Source: the human T2T-CHM13v2.0 reference genome, Homo sapiens. Taken from it: a stretch of 64,000 nucleotides of DNA. Within the stretch, counting starts at the first letter, position 1. Every line of letters begins with the position of its first letter. The notes below the pieces were generated by a model. The model did no database searches and was not told the DNA's origin. It worked only from the letters and a program-made list of their open reading frames with translations. The translations under genes were made by a program, and so were the position numbers. Positions 1-17,129 of the stretch are shown one piece after another. The DNA is taken from NCBI RefSeq assembly GCF_009914755.1, contig NC_060925.1; one strand, 5' to 3'.

Positions 1-164
<164 letters not shown>

Positions 165-1269
165 CTAAACTTTATTCTATTCTCTGTTAGGTCCTTCTGC
201 AGGTGGGAGGAAAAGGAGGGCTGCAGCTTCTCTTTCACTTGACTGACACATCCCCTCTCCTCAGCCTTCTAACCAACGGGGATTTCTGGCCTCTCTGTGG
301 CTGAAGAGGGGGAAAGGAAGAAAGCAGGGAAGTTCTTATTTGACTAGTACTATCCCAATAGTGCTTCACAATTTGGACACCTGTTTTAAAGCTGACTTAT
401 GGACTTTTTTTGTGGGTTCTTGGGAGGCTCCATTGGGAACTTTCAGCAGCATTTCCTGTGATGCAGTTTCCTCTGAATGACACCCTCCTCAGCCCCAGTT
501 TCCCAGCAGCCCCCTCTAGGCAGCAGCCCTTTCTAGGCAGACCTCCAGGTGGTTCTGTCAGGCCGACTTCAAAATGGCTCCAGGCCAGCTCTCAGCCTGA
601 CACGATCCACATCCATTCCATGAGAATTATCATCACATTTTTTGTCTCCACAAACTGCCTGTGTAGGCTGCCCAGTGCAAGCCGTGCTCCTCCACCCTGG
701 CCATCAGAACAACTAGCCAGCTCATCTTTACCTTTTGGATTTTCTAGTCCAGAGTCAGACACCAGTCTATGAGGTCTCCCCAACTGCTAGTGCCACACAT
801 CACGCTCCCCAAATGATCCCCCTGAAACCCATCTCTATTGACTTGAGTAGAAAAGGGAAGCAGCCCTCCCCTACACTTGGGAGGAATGGCATTCACAGCC
901 GGGTCACACATTACCTTTGCTCACATCTCACTATCTCCAGTCTCAGGTCTTTTATATTACAGTGGGATCTTATTTGGGCATTTAAGGATCTCCTTGGCCA
1001 CTGACTTTGAAATTTTTGCATGGTAGTGTTTTTAAAATGTAGCACCTATTGTCTTCTTGTTTTAGCAAAATGGAGATAGAAGAGTCTAATTTTAGAACCC
1101 TATTAACATATCTTTCTCCAGTACACAGCACAGTGCCTAGCCCTTGGTGAGTAGTGACTGGTGCACTAGGAAGAAGGCTCTAGCTCAAGTTCATATGATA
1201 GATGGGTGTGTGGTAGAAGGAAGACCAGTTTGAATCTGCTGGGATCCAGAAATAAGACAAAATTTGTGT

Positions 1270-1520
1270 AGATTAGGGATATTTCACCCAGAAAAGAATA
1301 CTTAGAGGGGCATAGTAATTCTCAGCATAGGTACAGAAAATGACAGTCATGTAGGAAGGAGGAAAGACAATTCATTTTGTTGAAGAGGAGGAATTAAGAC
1401 AATTGGGTAAATTTGGACAACAACAGATTTGAATTCAGTGCAAGACTTTTCTGATATCAATGGCATCATAGCCTGCCCTTGTAGTGAGTGTCCCATCATT
1501 AAAAGTGTGCAAGCAGAGAT
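1270..1520 (+). mobile_element. L3/CR1 LINE 3' fragment (highly diverged)
   Basis: Resembles recalled L3 3' motifs: gggatatttcacccagaaaag..gtcatgtaggaaggagg..gtagtgagtgtcccatca..gtgtgcaagcagag. Confidence 0.55.
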
Positions 1521-1554
1521 TTGATTTTCTACACCCAACAACCTATCCCACCCC

Positions 1555-2760
<1,206 letters not shown>

Positions 2761-2979
2761 ATCTTGGCTGGGGTCATTGGAGAGGGAATTCTAGTCATCA
2801 GAAGAAGATGAGGCTAGACCTTTGAGGTCACGTCAAAGTCTGTATCTTGGGTGGATGAGTCAACAGGAATGAAGAAGGACTGTATCTGAGATAAGCTCAT
2901 CACTAAAAAGGTGATGATATATTATAGGAAAAGGCTGAGAGCTAAGGATAAGAAAAATTAACTCCACAGTTGGAATTAT

Positions 2980-3720
2980 GGTGGACTCAAGAAAGGTAAT
3001 ACTCACAGAAGTTTGGAACCTGAGAAGGGGTCGTTGCAGAAAAATTTTTGAGCTTGTTTTTGGACATGGATGATTTTAGGTTGGCAATATGACAACAGAG
3101 TCTGAGGAGAGAAGTTTGGGCTAAAGGTGTGAGTTGGGAGTCATAAACTGATAGTTGAAATTTAAGCTGGAAGACCACGTAAATTTGGGAATAGTTGACA
3201 GCAGGAAAAGTAGACAAGCTCCCTGAGTACCAGGCCAGGCAGCGAGCAGGAGCTGAGTCTCAGTGCTCACGATGAGGGACTGAGAGAAGAAGAAAGAGCT
3301 GCAGAGAAGGGAAAGAGCATGGTGGCCACAGAGATAGAAAGAGACTCATGGGCCCTCAGTGTTCAGCAAATTCACAACAAGAGTTTCAAATGAGAGGTGA
3401 AGGCAAGATAAAGAAGAAGCTCTTACAGGTTACATATGCACACACACAGAGATTCTAACAAGAAGGATAGGGCAGAAATGATGGGTGACCTTTAAGAGAA
3501 ATTTCAATAATGTGATGGAACAGACATCATATGGCAAGACATTTGGGAGGGAACACGTGGTGAGAATATGGACGAACAGATGCAGAAAGTGCCGCTTGTT
3601 GAAAGGTATATATAGGAGAAGAGACACAGGAAAATGGCTGGAACAGCTGCATCACACAGCATTTTGTGGTTTAAAATTGGAGATCTGTGTATATTTAAGG
3701 AGAACAGGAAGGAGAGTGGG
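2980..3720 (-). mobile_element. L2 fragments (old)
   Basis: Purine-rich antisense L2 motifs, e.g. ttgttttggacatg..gagagaagtttgggctaaaggtgtgagttgggagtcat. Confidence 0.55.
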
Positions 3721-4249
3721 GTTCAGTGTGGCAGATCCTTCAGGAAATGGTAAAAAATGGGGCCCACAACTTAACTGCGGAGGTTACTTTTAGAAAGGAG
3801 AAGGGTTTCCCACCAAAGCCGGGCCATCTGTGCTGCCAGAATCCTTCTCTGTTCTTGTCCCAAGGCAGCTCTCCATCCTGTTCCTCTCAAAAGATGTTCT
3901 AAACCTTCTCTTCTCCCCTCAGATCCCCTTGCCCAGCCATCCCTCATTCTTAGCACATGACTTTGTTTCTCACTGCACTGAGGATGATGAAGGCCTTGAA
4001 CTCTTCCCTCTCAGCTCACTCCTTCTTGCTTCCCCCCACGCCCAGCTTCTCCTGAGGTCTCAGTGGTTGACGGCTCACCTCTCCACTTGGGCTCACAGCA
4101 TTCTTGCCTCTTCCCTTCTTATAGCCCCAGCATTCAAGCCTGTCACCGCCTTCATTAGGGGCCACCCAACCCCTTCGACAACAAGATGGGATGAGTTAAT
4201 ACATTAATAAACTGAAAATAAGTCTCACCATCTCCAAAAAATTAGTCTT

Positions 4250-5340
4250 TAAAAATGTAAATCTGATGGTATATTTTTCTACCTAAAACTGTACACAGCT
4301 TCCATCCAGGCTGGAAGCAAACCTCCTTATCGTGACCTATAAAGCCCCGCGTGATCCTGCCCCTGGCTCCAGCTCCAGCCTTCTCTCCCGCCACCTCCCA
4401 CTTGCTGGCCACGCTTCAGCTGCACCAGCCTTCCTGCTGCTCCTCCAACACGTCAAGCATGTTCCAGCCTGAGGGCCTCAGCACTTAATGTTTCCTCTGC
4501 TTGGTGTGCTGACACCCACATCTTCCCTCCATTCAGATCTGTGCTCAAATGTCCCCTCCTCAGAGGGGCAAGGCCAGCTGCAAAGTTTGCAGAGCCCAGT
4601 GCACAATGAAAATGCAGGGCAGGACCCCTTGTTCAAAAAGCAGGAAGAAAAGCTTTTTCCTTTCTTCTGTGGTCTCTCTCCGTCCATAATAGTGTGTTTT
4701 ATTTGTCATTTTATGTCATGCCCCCTTGGGCACAGGGATACTCATAACTGCAGACCTTCATAGATGCCCCCACACTGGGATTTGGCCCGCAGGGTGCATG
4801 CATCCCACCCTGACTCTCCCTGTGCCCACACCCAGACCCCCACTGGGGCTGAGAGTGGCAGAAATTGCTTGAGTGGTCTGGGAGCAGCCAGCCAAGGGCC
4901 CAATGGAAGTGGGACCACATACACGCTGAGGCTCCAAGCTCCTAGCCCATCGGGCTTCACTTACAAGTCACAGACTCAGAAAATTTGAAGATGATGACTG
5001 CAGAGCATTAAACCCCAATCACAAGGCTACCTTCTGAATGTGGTGGCTTGTGCGACTGCACTGGTCATACACACACTCATGAAGCTGGCCCTGCAGACGG
5101 GACTTTTTGACCACTATATCCTAACAGGATCTCTGTATCCTCACTCTTATCTTTTCCACCTGAATCCACTTTATTTTCCTATAGCACTTACAACTACCTA
5201 AAATTATATGTGTTTATTATCTATCTCTCCTATTAGAGTGCAAGCTCCATGAGGACAAGGTCTTTGTCTGCTTCGCTTGCTGCTGTAGGCCAGGAAAGTA
5301 GCAGATGCTCAATAAATAGTTGTCAAATTAATGCATGAAA
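4250..5340 (+). mobile_element. L2a fragment interrupted by a MER45
   Basis: L2 body motifs; 3' end agcagatgctcaataaatagttgtcaaattaatg near 5300-5335. Confidence 0.8.
4569..5093 (-). mobile_element. MER45-family non-autonomous hAT (Tip100) DNA transposon
   Basis: TIRs caaggccagct / agctggccctg; MER45 subterminal motif gcccagtgcacaatgaaaatgcaggg; 8-bp TSD cagagggg (4561-4568) / cagacggg (5094-5101). Confidence 0.85.
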
Positions 5341-5899
5341 AGTTCACAGAATCAGTTCACACATTTGGCCTACTTTCAGTCACACATGGCATCACCTCCT
5401 AAAACCATCATGCTTTGCTCATAAAATTCACTTTGGCATATTTTGCTGCACTTGAGCTAAAGAAGAATTTTTAAATTTTCAGATCTAAAATATGTTGCAT
5501 CTCTCCCAAGTCCTCATTTTCACCTTTCAAAAGAGAGATGAAAAACTAAAATCTTGTTTAAGAGAGGAAATAATAACAAGGATGATCATATTATTTTCTG
5601 TTTACTGAGCAGTGACACCCCTCTCTGCAGACAAGTCAAGAAGAATGATTCTCTCTTGCTCCATGACATTGCCTTGCTCAGTTTTGCTTTTCCCTATACC
5701 GCAGCCAGGGGCTCAGGGTCAGGCTTGAGAAGGCTCACCCTGCTGGAATCCATCCACAGTTCCACAACACGTTGTCTCCATTATAGCACATCCCCATCTA
5801 GCTAGGATCAGAACAACTCATTTATATTTCTGGCTCCCTGCTCTAGTGGGAGCATTTGGAGGGAGAGACCAGAGCTGCCTCCCACATCCCAGTGCAACC

Positions 5900-6255
5900 C
5901 CATCCTCACTTAGCTAACTCTGATTTATCCTTTGGTTCTCACCTTCAACATTACTTCCTCAGGGAAGCCTTCTTCAAGTGCTCAGACCAGACCCTCACCA
6001 CACTTTCTCATAGCACCTGGACATCTCCATCAATTTACACAATATCAATGAATTACTTAATTGTGTGATTATTTGTGTAATGACTGTCTCACTTACAGGC
6101 TACAAGTTCTATGAGGGAAGGGATCGTCTCATCTAGCACCTAGCCTACTGCCTGACAAAGGGCAGACACTCAGCAAATATATGGTGAATGAACATGCATC
6201 TCCTAGTGCCTAGTGGTGGTGTTCAACAGAAGCTTGACAGGCGTTTGTTGAATTA
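5900..6255 (+). mobile_element. L2 3' fragments
   Basis: ttacttcctcagggaagccttc..ctagcacctagc..actcagcaaatatatggtgaatgaa. Confidence 0.7.
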
Positions 6256-7349
6256 TACTGGAGAAATTTTTTTTATCTCACCAATGTGACTTGCTAAGAA
6301 TGAGTTGTTTTTCCTTATTATCAAAATAAAAGACAGCTTGCATAATTAAGCCATTTTCCAAAGAATGGTCTTTCCTAACTAGAAGACCAGGCGATTAAAC
6401 CATTTAGAGGTAATAAATGAGCAACTCCTTGGAAACATACAAAGCTCAAGGGTGGACTCAGGTGAGGGCATTTCTCTTTCTCTTATTTGTATCATCATGG
6501 ACTTTCCTTTCTCTGCTTCCAGGCACAGCCAATTGCATACTATATTTAAACCTATTATCTATGGCCAAGCTTTGTATCCCTTAAAATCATTATGTTCCGG
6601 CTCTTCGAGCTATTCGATACTAAAAGTAATTATAGGCAGGCTTTCGGACAAAAACCTAATTCCTTTATGGTTTCTCCTATCCTAATAAAGACTCTAGAGG
6701 TAAGGATTCAAATAAGACTGAAGGTTGTAAATTGCATTGTGAGGAAGGATAAATCATTCTTTGTCAAGGCAGTGGAGCTGGTCCTCCTTCACAGGCAGAA
6801 TCAATAGTGACAAATGGCGAGGCTGGAAACAAATGCTTTGCTCCAGTGGCCAGGTGTCATGGTAAGTCCTAATAGGAGATTTAGCTTTATTTGGTGATTG
6901 TTATTTCTGTGGGTCTTTTATGTTTTAATCCATTGATTCTCTATTTACAAATAATGGAACATGAGACTGATAAATAATATATGTCAACAATATTCAGAAT
7001 AGAGGTTAACACTTTTCTGAAGTGTTGGATGGGTCTTTTTAAAAAATAAGCAAAGCAGGTGTTGTCCACCAGTCCTGAAGTCTGAGGGTCCTGGCCCCTC
7101 AGGGCCAGTAGTGCAGAGGCTGCTGTCACCATTGTCCCTGTGTCTCATTTGCTGCCACTTCTCCCCGACATCCCTCCCACCGCCATCTCACCTCTGTCAT
7201 GCCTCCCTGGTGTGACATTAATCACAGCATGCCTAGTGGCTTCTGGAGAAACCACACTCTATGAAATGTAATTTATGACCTTAATACTGTTAACCGCATG
7301 GCATCTTTTATATTATTACAACTGATTAGGCAGTAGCCATAATGAAACT

Positions 7350-7461
7350 ATATATAAATTTAAAATATATATAACATATATATACAAATTTAAAAATATA
7401 TAACTTAAATATATGTAAATTTAAAATATATACACATAAATATGGTGTGTGTGTGTGTGTG
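7350..7461. repeat. AT-rich low-complexity tract plus (TG)n microsatellite
   Basis: Repeated aaatttaaaatatata units followed by gtgtgtgtgtgtgtgt. Confidence 0.85.
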
Positions 7462-7472
7462 AATGGAATAAC

Positions 7473-7762
7473 TTTTTTTTTTTTTTGAGACAGAGTTTTG
7501 CTCTTGTTGCCCAGGCTGGAGTGCAATGGCGCTCACAGCAACCTCCGCCCCTCGGGTTCAGGGAATTTTCCTGCCTCAGCCTCCCGAGTAGCTGGGGATT
7601 ACAGGCATGCGCCACAGGCCTGGCTAATTTTGTATTTTTAGTATAGATGGGGTTTCTCCATGTTAGTCAGGCTGGTCTCGAACTCCTGACCTCAAGTGAT
7701 CCGCCCGTCTCAGCCTCCCAAAGTGTTGGGATTGATTACAGGCGTGAGCCACCGCACCCAGC
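7473..7762 (-). mobile_element. AluS
   Basis: Poly(T) then reverse Alu; TSD tggaataactt at 7464-7474 and 7763-7773. Confidence 0.95.
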
Positions 7763-7841
7763 TGGAATAACTTATTCTTATTTGAGTTTCCCTTTTATCA
7801 AGGCAAAATGATCACTGGCCTCCTCAAATGCGATTATGTTC

Positions 7842-8100
7842 TTTTTTTTTTTTTTTTTAGACAGGGTCTCACTCCGTCACCCAAGCTGGAGTGCAGTGAT
7901 GCGACCACAGCTCACTGCAGCCTCTACCTCATGGGCTCAGATGTGTGCCACCACACTTGGCTAATTTTTGTGTATACTTTTGTAGAAACGGGGTTTTACC
8001 ATGTTGCCCAGGCTGGTCTTGAGTTACTGAGCTCCACCAATCCACCCGCCTCAGCCTCCCAAAGTGCTGGGATTACATGCATGAGCCACCCTGCTCAGCC
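7842..8100 (-). mobile_element. AluJ with an internal deletion in the right arm
   Basis: J-type ctcactgcagcctc..gggctca; jumps directly to gtgtgccaccac. Confidence 0.9.
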
Positions 8101-8816
8101 AATATGTTGTTTTTTTCTCTAAGACATATAACCAAATTTTCTTCCCTCTAAAAGTCTCATTTAATAGTTTTCCTCTGACTCAATATCCAAATAATGAAGC
8201 CAGAGCTGAAAGGCTCAAGGACCTTGGAGATGGTGGTTGGTGATGACAGAGATTGAATCTAAGCTCATATCAGCCTATTACGAGAACTGGAAGACTTCAG
8301 TAAACATCATTAGCTTTGTTTTAGCTGTTCCCTGAAGGTGACAGTAGAGTCAGTTGACAATGAGAATGTAATGCAATTTGGGCTGGAACGGGATCCTAAA
8401 TGAAAAGCATTGATGTGAAAACAGGTGATGCTAAGTCCTGTTTAGGAATCAGGTTCAGGTTTAAAGAAACCTCCTCCCCACTGTAACAGATTTAGGCTGA
8501 GCACATCCTTGAAGACTTGGTCCGGACACCATTCATAGTGCAGATGACAGTCAGTTCTTCCACTATGCTTATTAGCACTTACCATCTCAAACGGTACTCA
8601 TTTGTTTTTGCAGTCTCTCTGCTCCCACTAACCTTTGATATCTGGGAAGGCACAACCCCCACTGACCATAACTTTATGGCCTAGTTTAAAGCCTGGTGTA
8701 CAAGGTGCTCACATAGAAGCCACATGTTTTATTGATGAGCAGATAAGTAACTCAGCAGGGTTTCCTAGAAGATTTAACCTTGTTTTACATTTGTTTCCTC
8801 ATTAAGAGAAAGCTTT

Positions 8817-9180
<364 letters not shown>

Positions 9181-9254
9181 TTATTATATTACACATGCAC
9201 TCAAGCTAAGCCTAACCAATCCACACCCCATCTTCTTCCTCCTTCACATTGCTT

Positions 9255-10011
<757 letters not shown>

Positions 10012-10039
10012 TGTTCACATTGTTTTGAAGCACTTACAG

Positions 10040-11165
10040 ATATGTAAGTGCTTCATATGACTTCATCCCTAAATATTTTGGTTTGGGTCTCTAAAAGATA
10101 AGGACAGATTTAAAAAAATGCCCACAATAACCTCCATCATCACATCTAAAACTAAAAACCTACAATCCTACAATTTCTTAATAGCATCAACTATTGAGCC
10201 CCCGTTCAAATCTGTAGTGTCGTGTGTTTTTGTAGATTGAATCAGGATCCCAATCAGATGCACATATTGCAATCTTTTCTATTTTTTTTATTTTTTAACT
10301 CTTTGAGATAACTGTAGGTTCATATGCAGTTGTAAAAACTAATGCAGAGAGATCCCTATGCCTTTCACCCAGTTTCTCTCAATGTTAATACCTTGCCTAA
10401 AAGAAGTACAATATCACAACCAGGAAATTGACATTGATATAATCTACCAACCTTACTCACATTTCAACTGTTCTACACATGCTAATTTGTATGTGTGTTT
10501 AGTTCTATGCATTTCTAATCATGTGCAGATTTGTGTGACCACTACCACAGTCAAGACCCAGAACAGTTCCATCACAAAGGTCCCTCCTGCACAGGCACCT
10601 TCTTCCTGCGTCTCCTTCCTAACCCATTCACCTGTTCCCCATCTCTATAATTTTGTCATTTCAAGAATGTCATATACGTGGAATCATGCAGGACATAATC
10701 TTTCAAGATGGACCTTTTTCACTCAGCATAATTCCCTGACATCTATCCAAGTTATAGCATGTATGAATAGCTTGTTCCATTTGATTGCTAAGTAGTATTC
10801 CATGGAATAGATGTATCACAGTTAAACAGTCAACCATTCACTCACTGAAGGACATCTAGGTTGTTTCCAATTTGGGGCTATTATTAACAAAGCTGCTATG
10901 AACATTCATGCATAGGTTCTTGTGTGAACATAAGTTATTATTTCTCTGGGATAAATGCCCAAGAGTGCAGTTGCTGGGTTGTTTGATAAGTACATATGTT
11001 GTAAGAAATTGCCATATTCTCTTCTGAATGGGTGTACCATTTTACGTTCCCACTAGTAATGGATGAGTGATTAGTTTCTCTGCATCCTTACTAGCATTTG
11101 GTTTTAGTATTTTTTAGTTTAGCTATTTTGGTAGGTGTGTAGTGATATCTTGTTGTAGTTCTTTT
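10040..11165 (-). mobile_element. Old L1M (MC/MD-type) 3' fragments
   Basis: ctttcacccagtttc..caaccaggaaattgacattgat..ttggggctatta..gctgctatgaacattc..gggataaatgcccaagagtgc. Confidence 0.85.
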
Positions 11166-11199
11166 TTAGTTTTAGTATAAAAGCTCACTTTTGTCCTAA

Positions 11200-12390
<1,191 letters not shown>

Positions 12391-12429
12391 TGGCTGTGAG
12401 ATTTTTTTCACTCATTTCTTTATTCTAGA

Positions 12430-12810
12430 AGCATTTATTGGATGTATTTTACATGCCAAAGAGTGTGCTAGTAACAGAATTTTTTAAAAAAAAAACTGAA
12501 TATCAAAGTTCACATCCTCAGGGAATTCAGAATTTAGTGAGAAACACACACACATAAATAAATGTTTCCATTATGCCTATTTCAAAAGGAATAGATATAG
12601 AATTCCGTGGGACACAGAAAAAGGAAATATAACTGGGCAGGCTTCTTAGAGGAGGTAATGTTTCAGCTGGACCCAAAGAATGAGCAGGAACTGGCTAAGT
12701 GCAGAGGTGGGAGAGGAAGTCCCAGGCAGGAGGAGCATATGCATAAAAGCAGAGAGTCAAGATGGTGCCTGGTGGGAGCAGTGTAGCTGAGCAGGGATGG
12801 GAAATGAGAT
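12430..12810 (-). mobile_element. L2 3' fragment
   Basis: gcatttattgga..gcttcttagaggaggtaatgtttcagctgga..agcatatgcataaaagcagagag. Confidence 0.7.
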
Positions 12811-14719
12811 AATGAAAAAACTCATCTTGTTTCTGAAAATACAGAAACTAAAGATATTGGAGCAAAACAGGAAGTTATTCTACATCAAGGATCTGGTCAG
12901 GGTCTGTGTTTTTCATCTGTGGAGTAACAAGCCCAAGGAAGACTTATTGCCCAGGAATAACCCACTTCTGCACTCACCCCCACACCCCACCTTAGCCAAG
13001 GGAGTCAAGGGCTGAAAAGCCCCGAAAGATCTTGCTAAAATCACAGCAATAGGCTCTGCTGCATGGCCTTCTCTTTCTCTCATGGTTAAAGGATTTGGGA
13101 TAGACTGGAAGATGGATAATGGGAAGGTGAAATGGAATCTGGCTATGGATTTCTTCTCGAATGTTCCTACTCTTGGCCACATACCTGCCTTGAACTCAGG
13201 TTGAAGAACCCTAGAGGTTGCTGATCTTCATAAGTGCAATGAGTGGCAGACATGCTCTTTCTCTGGTGACAGCTGAGACTGTAAGTAGCTAGGCTGTCTC
13301 AATCCTCATTTCATGGTGAAGCATTCCAGAGAAGGCAGGACATCTGAGGGGCGTGACATCCTTGCCTGCTTGCTTTCTTCCTGCTTGTAGCCTGAAGCTC
13401 AAATAGGTAGCCTGATAGCAAAGATGTCAGCATTCTCTCTTTCCTCTAAATTAATTCCTTTATAAATCAAGGTGCAGCAGGTTAACACTGGCAAAAACAA
13501 AAACAAAAACTACACTGATCCAAGCTTGTTATTCTGTATGGCCAAACATAAAGGGTATATTCAAAGTATTAAAAATATACAGTATCTATCTCTGCTTATT
13601 TCATGTCTTTGTCCTCTGTACTCAGACATGTCAAAGGTGACAGCATTCAGGATGTTAACGAAGAGAGCCAGGAGAGGAAAAGGTGGATGAACTCTCAACA
13701 ATCCACTTGTTAGAATCAACAATCCTTTCCTGACCTCCTTGTCTCATCTACCTTGAAAAAATCTTCAGGATTCACCCAATCCACTGTCCCCGATTTGAAG
13801 GTGACTTTTTTAAAGTTTTATTTTTAAAGTTGCCCTTTCTATGCTTTTTAGACATCCAAGTAGCTGTAACTGTTTATCTGGTGATTTTTTTTTCCTATGG
13901 CAATGGTCACACATTGATAGACTGGCTCTTGAGTGGGCAGATTGCTGAGTGATATTTACCTGCCTGGTGGATGATTCTAACATATTTTGCGTGTACGTCT
14001 CTTGGGAATCTGGAACTCAATGTATCTATCAGAGAAATAGGCTAGGGCAGGGGAGCACTGCATAATCTCTAAACTCACCCCCACACTCCCCCAGCTTCCC
14101 CAGCTCTAACCATTCTCAGAATCTGTGAATCTCAATGACGGCTTTTTCTGGGAACTTTCGGAAACATAATGCTATCTCACAAAAGCCTCCAGGGATGCCT
14201 ATTGGAGCTCCTTCACTTCAAAGGAGAGGTTCTTGGTCATTTTGATAACAGTTGAAAAAGCACACACCCAGCAGTTTCAGGCTTTTCTCCTTTACAATAG
14301 TTATGTTTTTAGATCACTATCCTTCTCAGAAATTTAAACACAGGATGTCAATTGCAAGATGGTGGAATAGAAAGACAGCTGCATTGAAATCTGGGGTTTG
14401 AAAAATAATCCAAGGTCTTTTTCTCTCTCTCTCTTTTTTTTTTAAATTTGAGTTTCCCCCTGAGAAACCTTGGCTTTTGAAAATAAGGCCTCCTCCCATG
14501 GAATGTTGTTTCATAGGTGGGATGCAGCCCTCATGATTCTTCACTGAAAACATGGAAAGCAAATAGGACAATCCCAACAGCTCTGAATTGGAAACAGTAA
14601 TTCAACGTGTTGGTATTTCTGGAGCTTATGAGAAAGAAAATCTAGGCTGAAGGAAGAAAAGAAATAGGATGAAAATAATGGTAAGAAGTGGGGGAAGAAC
14701 TATCCGCCAGTTACTTCAC

Positions 14720-14890
14720 ACCAATTATTTCTGTTTTCCTCACCATCCTAGGAGGCAGGAGTGATCCCCATTTCACAGAGGAAGAAACCAAGGTTCCAAA
14801 AGGAAAAGTAACTTGCTCAGCATCACACAGCTGGAAAGTGTTGAAGTATGCCTGGAATCAGTCTAATTAACACCACAGTCTCTTTCCACT
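14720..14890 (-). mobile_element. MIR SINE
   Basis: Core ccccatttcacagaggaagaaaccaagg..gtaacttgctcagcatcacacagct. Confidence 0.8.
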
Positions 14891-14991
14891 TCTCTCTGTT
14901 ATCTGTTTAACAACACCACACACAAAACTCTGATCTGAGGAAAGCTATTTTTTGCGTGTGTGGCTGGGAAGGCCCAGGAGCACACTTGTGA

Positions 14992-15354
<363 letters not shown>

Positions 15355-16689
15355 TGATGGAGACAAACTATTTTACTTCTGTTCCTTTCAATAACAATAA
15401 AAAATCCTGAAAAGACCAAGAATAGGGCCCCAGCAATTTCCCCCTAACTGTAATATCTGTAACTATTCCCCCTAACTGTAATAACTATAATGTAATGTCA
15501 GGGAAAGGTACATATCAAAGCTAAGCCACTTTCATTTGCCCTAAGCTATTTTGGGGACCATGTGATTGGTTTACTGTTAACTTTAACTATAAAAGAGCAG
15601 TTAACTGTAGATATTTATAATCTTTTCATCTTCAAAGCACTTTACAGTATTAATTAATTAAATCTTAGCAACACCTTTGATTAATTCCTTTTTATGGATG
15701 TGGGAAAAGTGGCATGGAAATAATAGAAAATGCCCTTGGCCATGATGGAATCAGCATTCCAAGGTAGGATTAGAATTCAAAATTTTCTGTCTCCACCTTT
15801 CATGATAAAACCAACAGACCAGTCTCCTGTTCTGATGCCTTGGTGGAAGAACATGATTTGGCCAACTCATCCTTTAAATTCTTTTAAGAAAAGAACTTTC
15901 TCAAAAGTGCCTATCACCTCTCCAGTGCTCTTTCCTATTCTCCATGGCACTGTGCCATAACTTTATTCACTTCTTAAATCAAAGGCGTTACTGGAAAAAG
16001 TGAACAATATGCCCAATTCTTATGGTTCCACAGAGCTCCCTTGTGTCTCCCCTTGGAGTCTATTCTTAGACCTACTGTTTGTTCAGGAATCCAAAGTAAG
16101 TCAGCTTTATCTGGCAACATCTCCAAAGATTTCTTCCTTCTGTATGTCCAGACAGAAAGCTAAGCAATAATTCAAAGACAGAAAGGGGTCAGCAATAACC
16201 ATTTTCACAGCTACCAGGCAGAAACTCATCATCAATTTCATCTTCAACAAAATTTCCTCATCTTTTTAATGTTGGAAGAATCACTTGAAGTGTGAGATTT
16301 ATGGGCAGCTGTTCCAGCCGGGTGAGAGTCTTGCAGACAGGTATCAGACGGTTATTAGCATCTTGTGTTCTAAATTAAAGGAGACGACTTGTCTCTGAAT
16401 ACACACTAGAGCCTTGGAAGGTTGGTAGGGATGGAGTGGGCATTGAAGTGCCTACGCTCAACAAAAACTTGGCAGAATCTAAATAACCTTTAATGACTCC
16501 CTTCTCTAAAAAGTTCTTATTCTTTGCTGAACTTGATAGCTTTGGTATATTTCAGGTAAGATTATCGTTGTGACAATAAGAACCTTATGTCAAAACCCAG
16601 TCCTAAAATTTGGTAGTGCTAGAAGGTTGTATGACAGACACCCTTTGTCCTCCAAACTAAATCAAACTCAGCAAGTTAAAAAGAATAAC

Positions 16690-16865
16690 ATGGAAGATTT
16701 GGCTTGGAAAACCTGGATTTGAATTTTGGTTCTGCTTCCTACTTGTTACGTGATCAATTAACCTTGTTGAGCTATTGTTTCCTCACTCTAAAATGGAATG
16801 GTAATAGCATTACTTGCATTACATAATTGTTGGAAAAATTAAATGAAAATATTTTCGGCACTCTA
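16690..16865 (+). mobile_element. MIR SINE
   Basis: acctggatttgaattttggttctgc..gtttcctcactctaaaatgg..aaattaaatga. Confidence 0.75.
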
Positions 16866-16887
16866 AAAATTGTTATCAGTTTTAGTT

Positions 16888-17120
16888 AATAATAATGGCC
16901 AATATTTATTGAGCCCTTACCGTGTGCCAGACACTGTGTGTGAGGTATGCTTTTATGTGCATTATCTGCTTTATCATCTCAACGACACTATGAGATAAGG
17001 ACTGTAATTATGCCCCTCTTATGGATGCAGCAACAGAGGCCTAAAATCACCTGTCTAATAACTGGTGTAACCAGGATTCACACCCAGTCTGGTTAGACCC
17101 ATGTTCTTGACCACCACACA
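16888..17120 (-). mobile_element. MIR SINE
   Basis: aatatttattgagcccttaccgtgtgccagacactgtg..ccaggattcacacccagtct. Confidence 0.8.
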
Positions 17121-17129
17121 ATATTGTCT

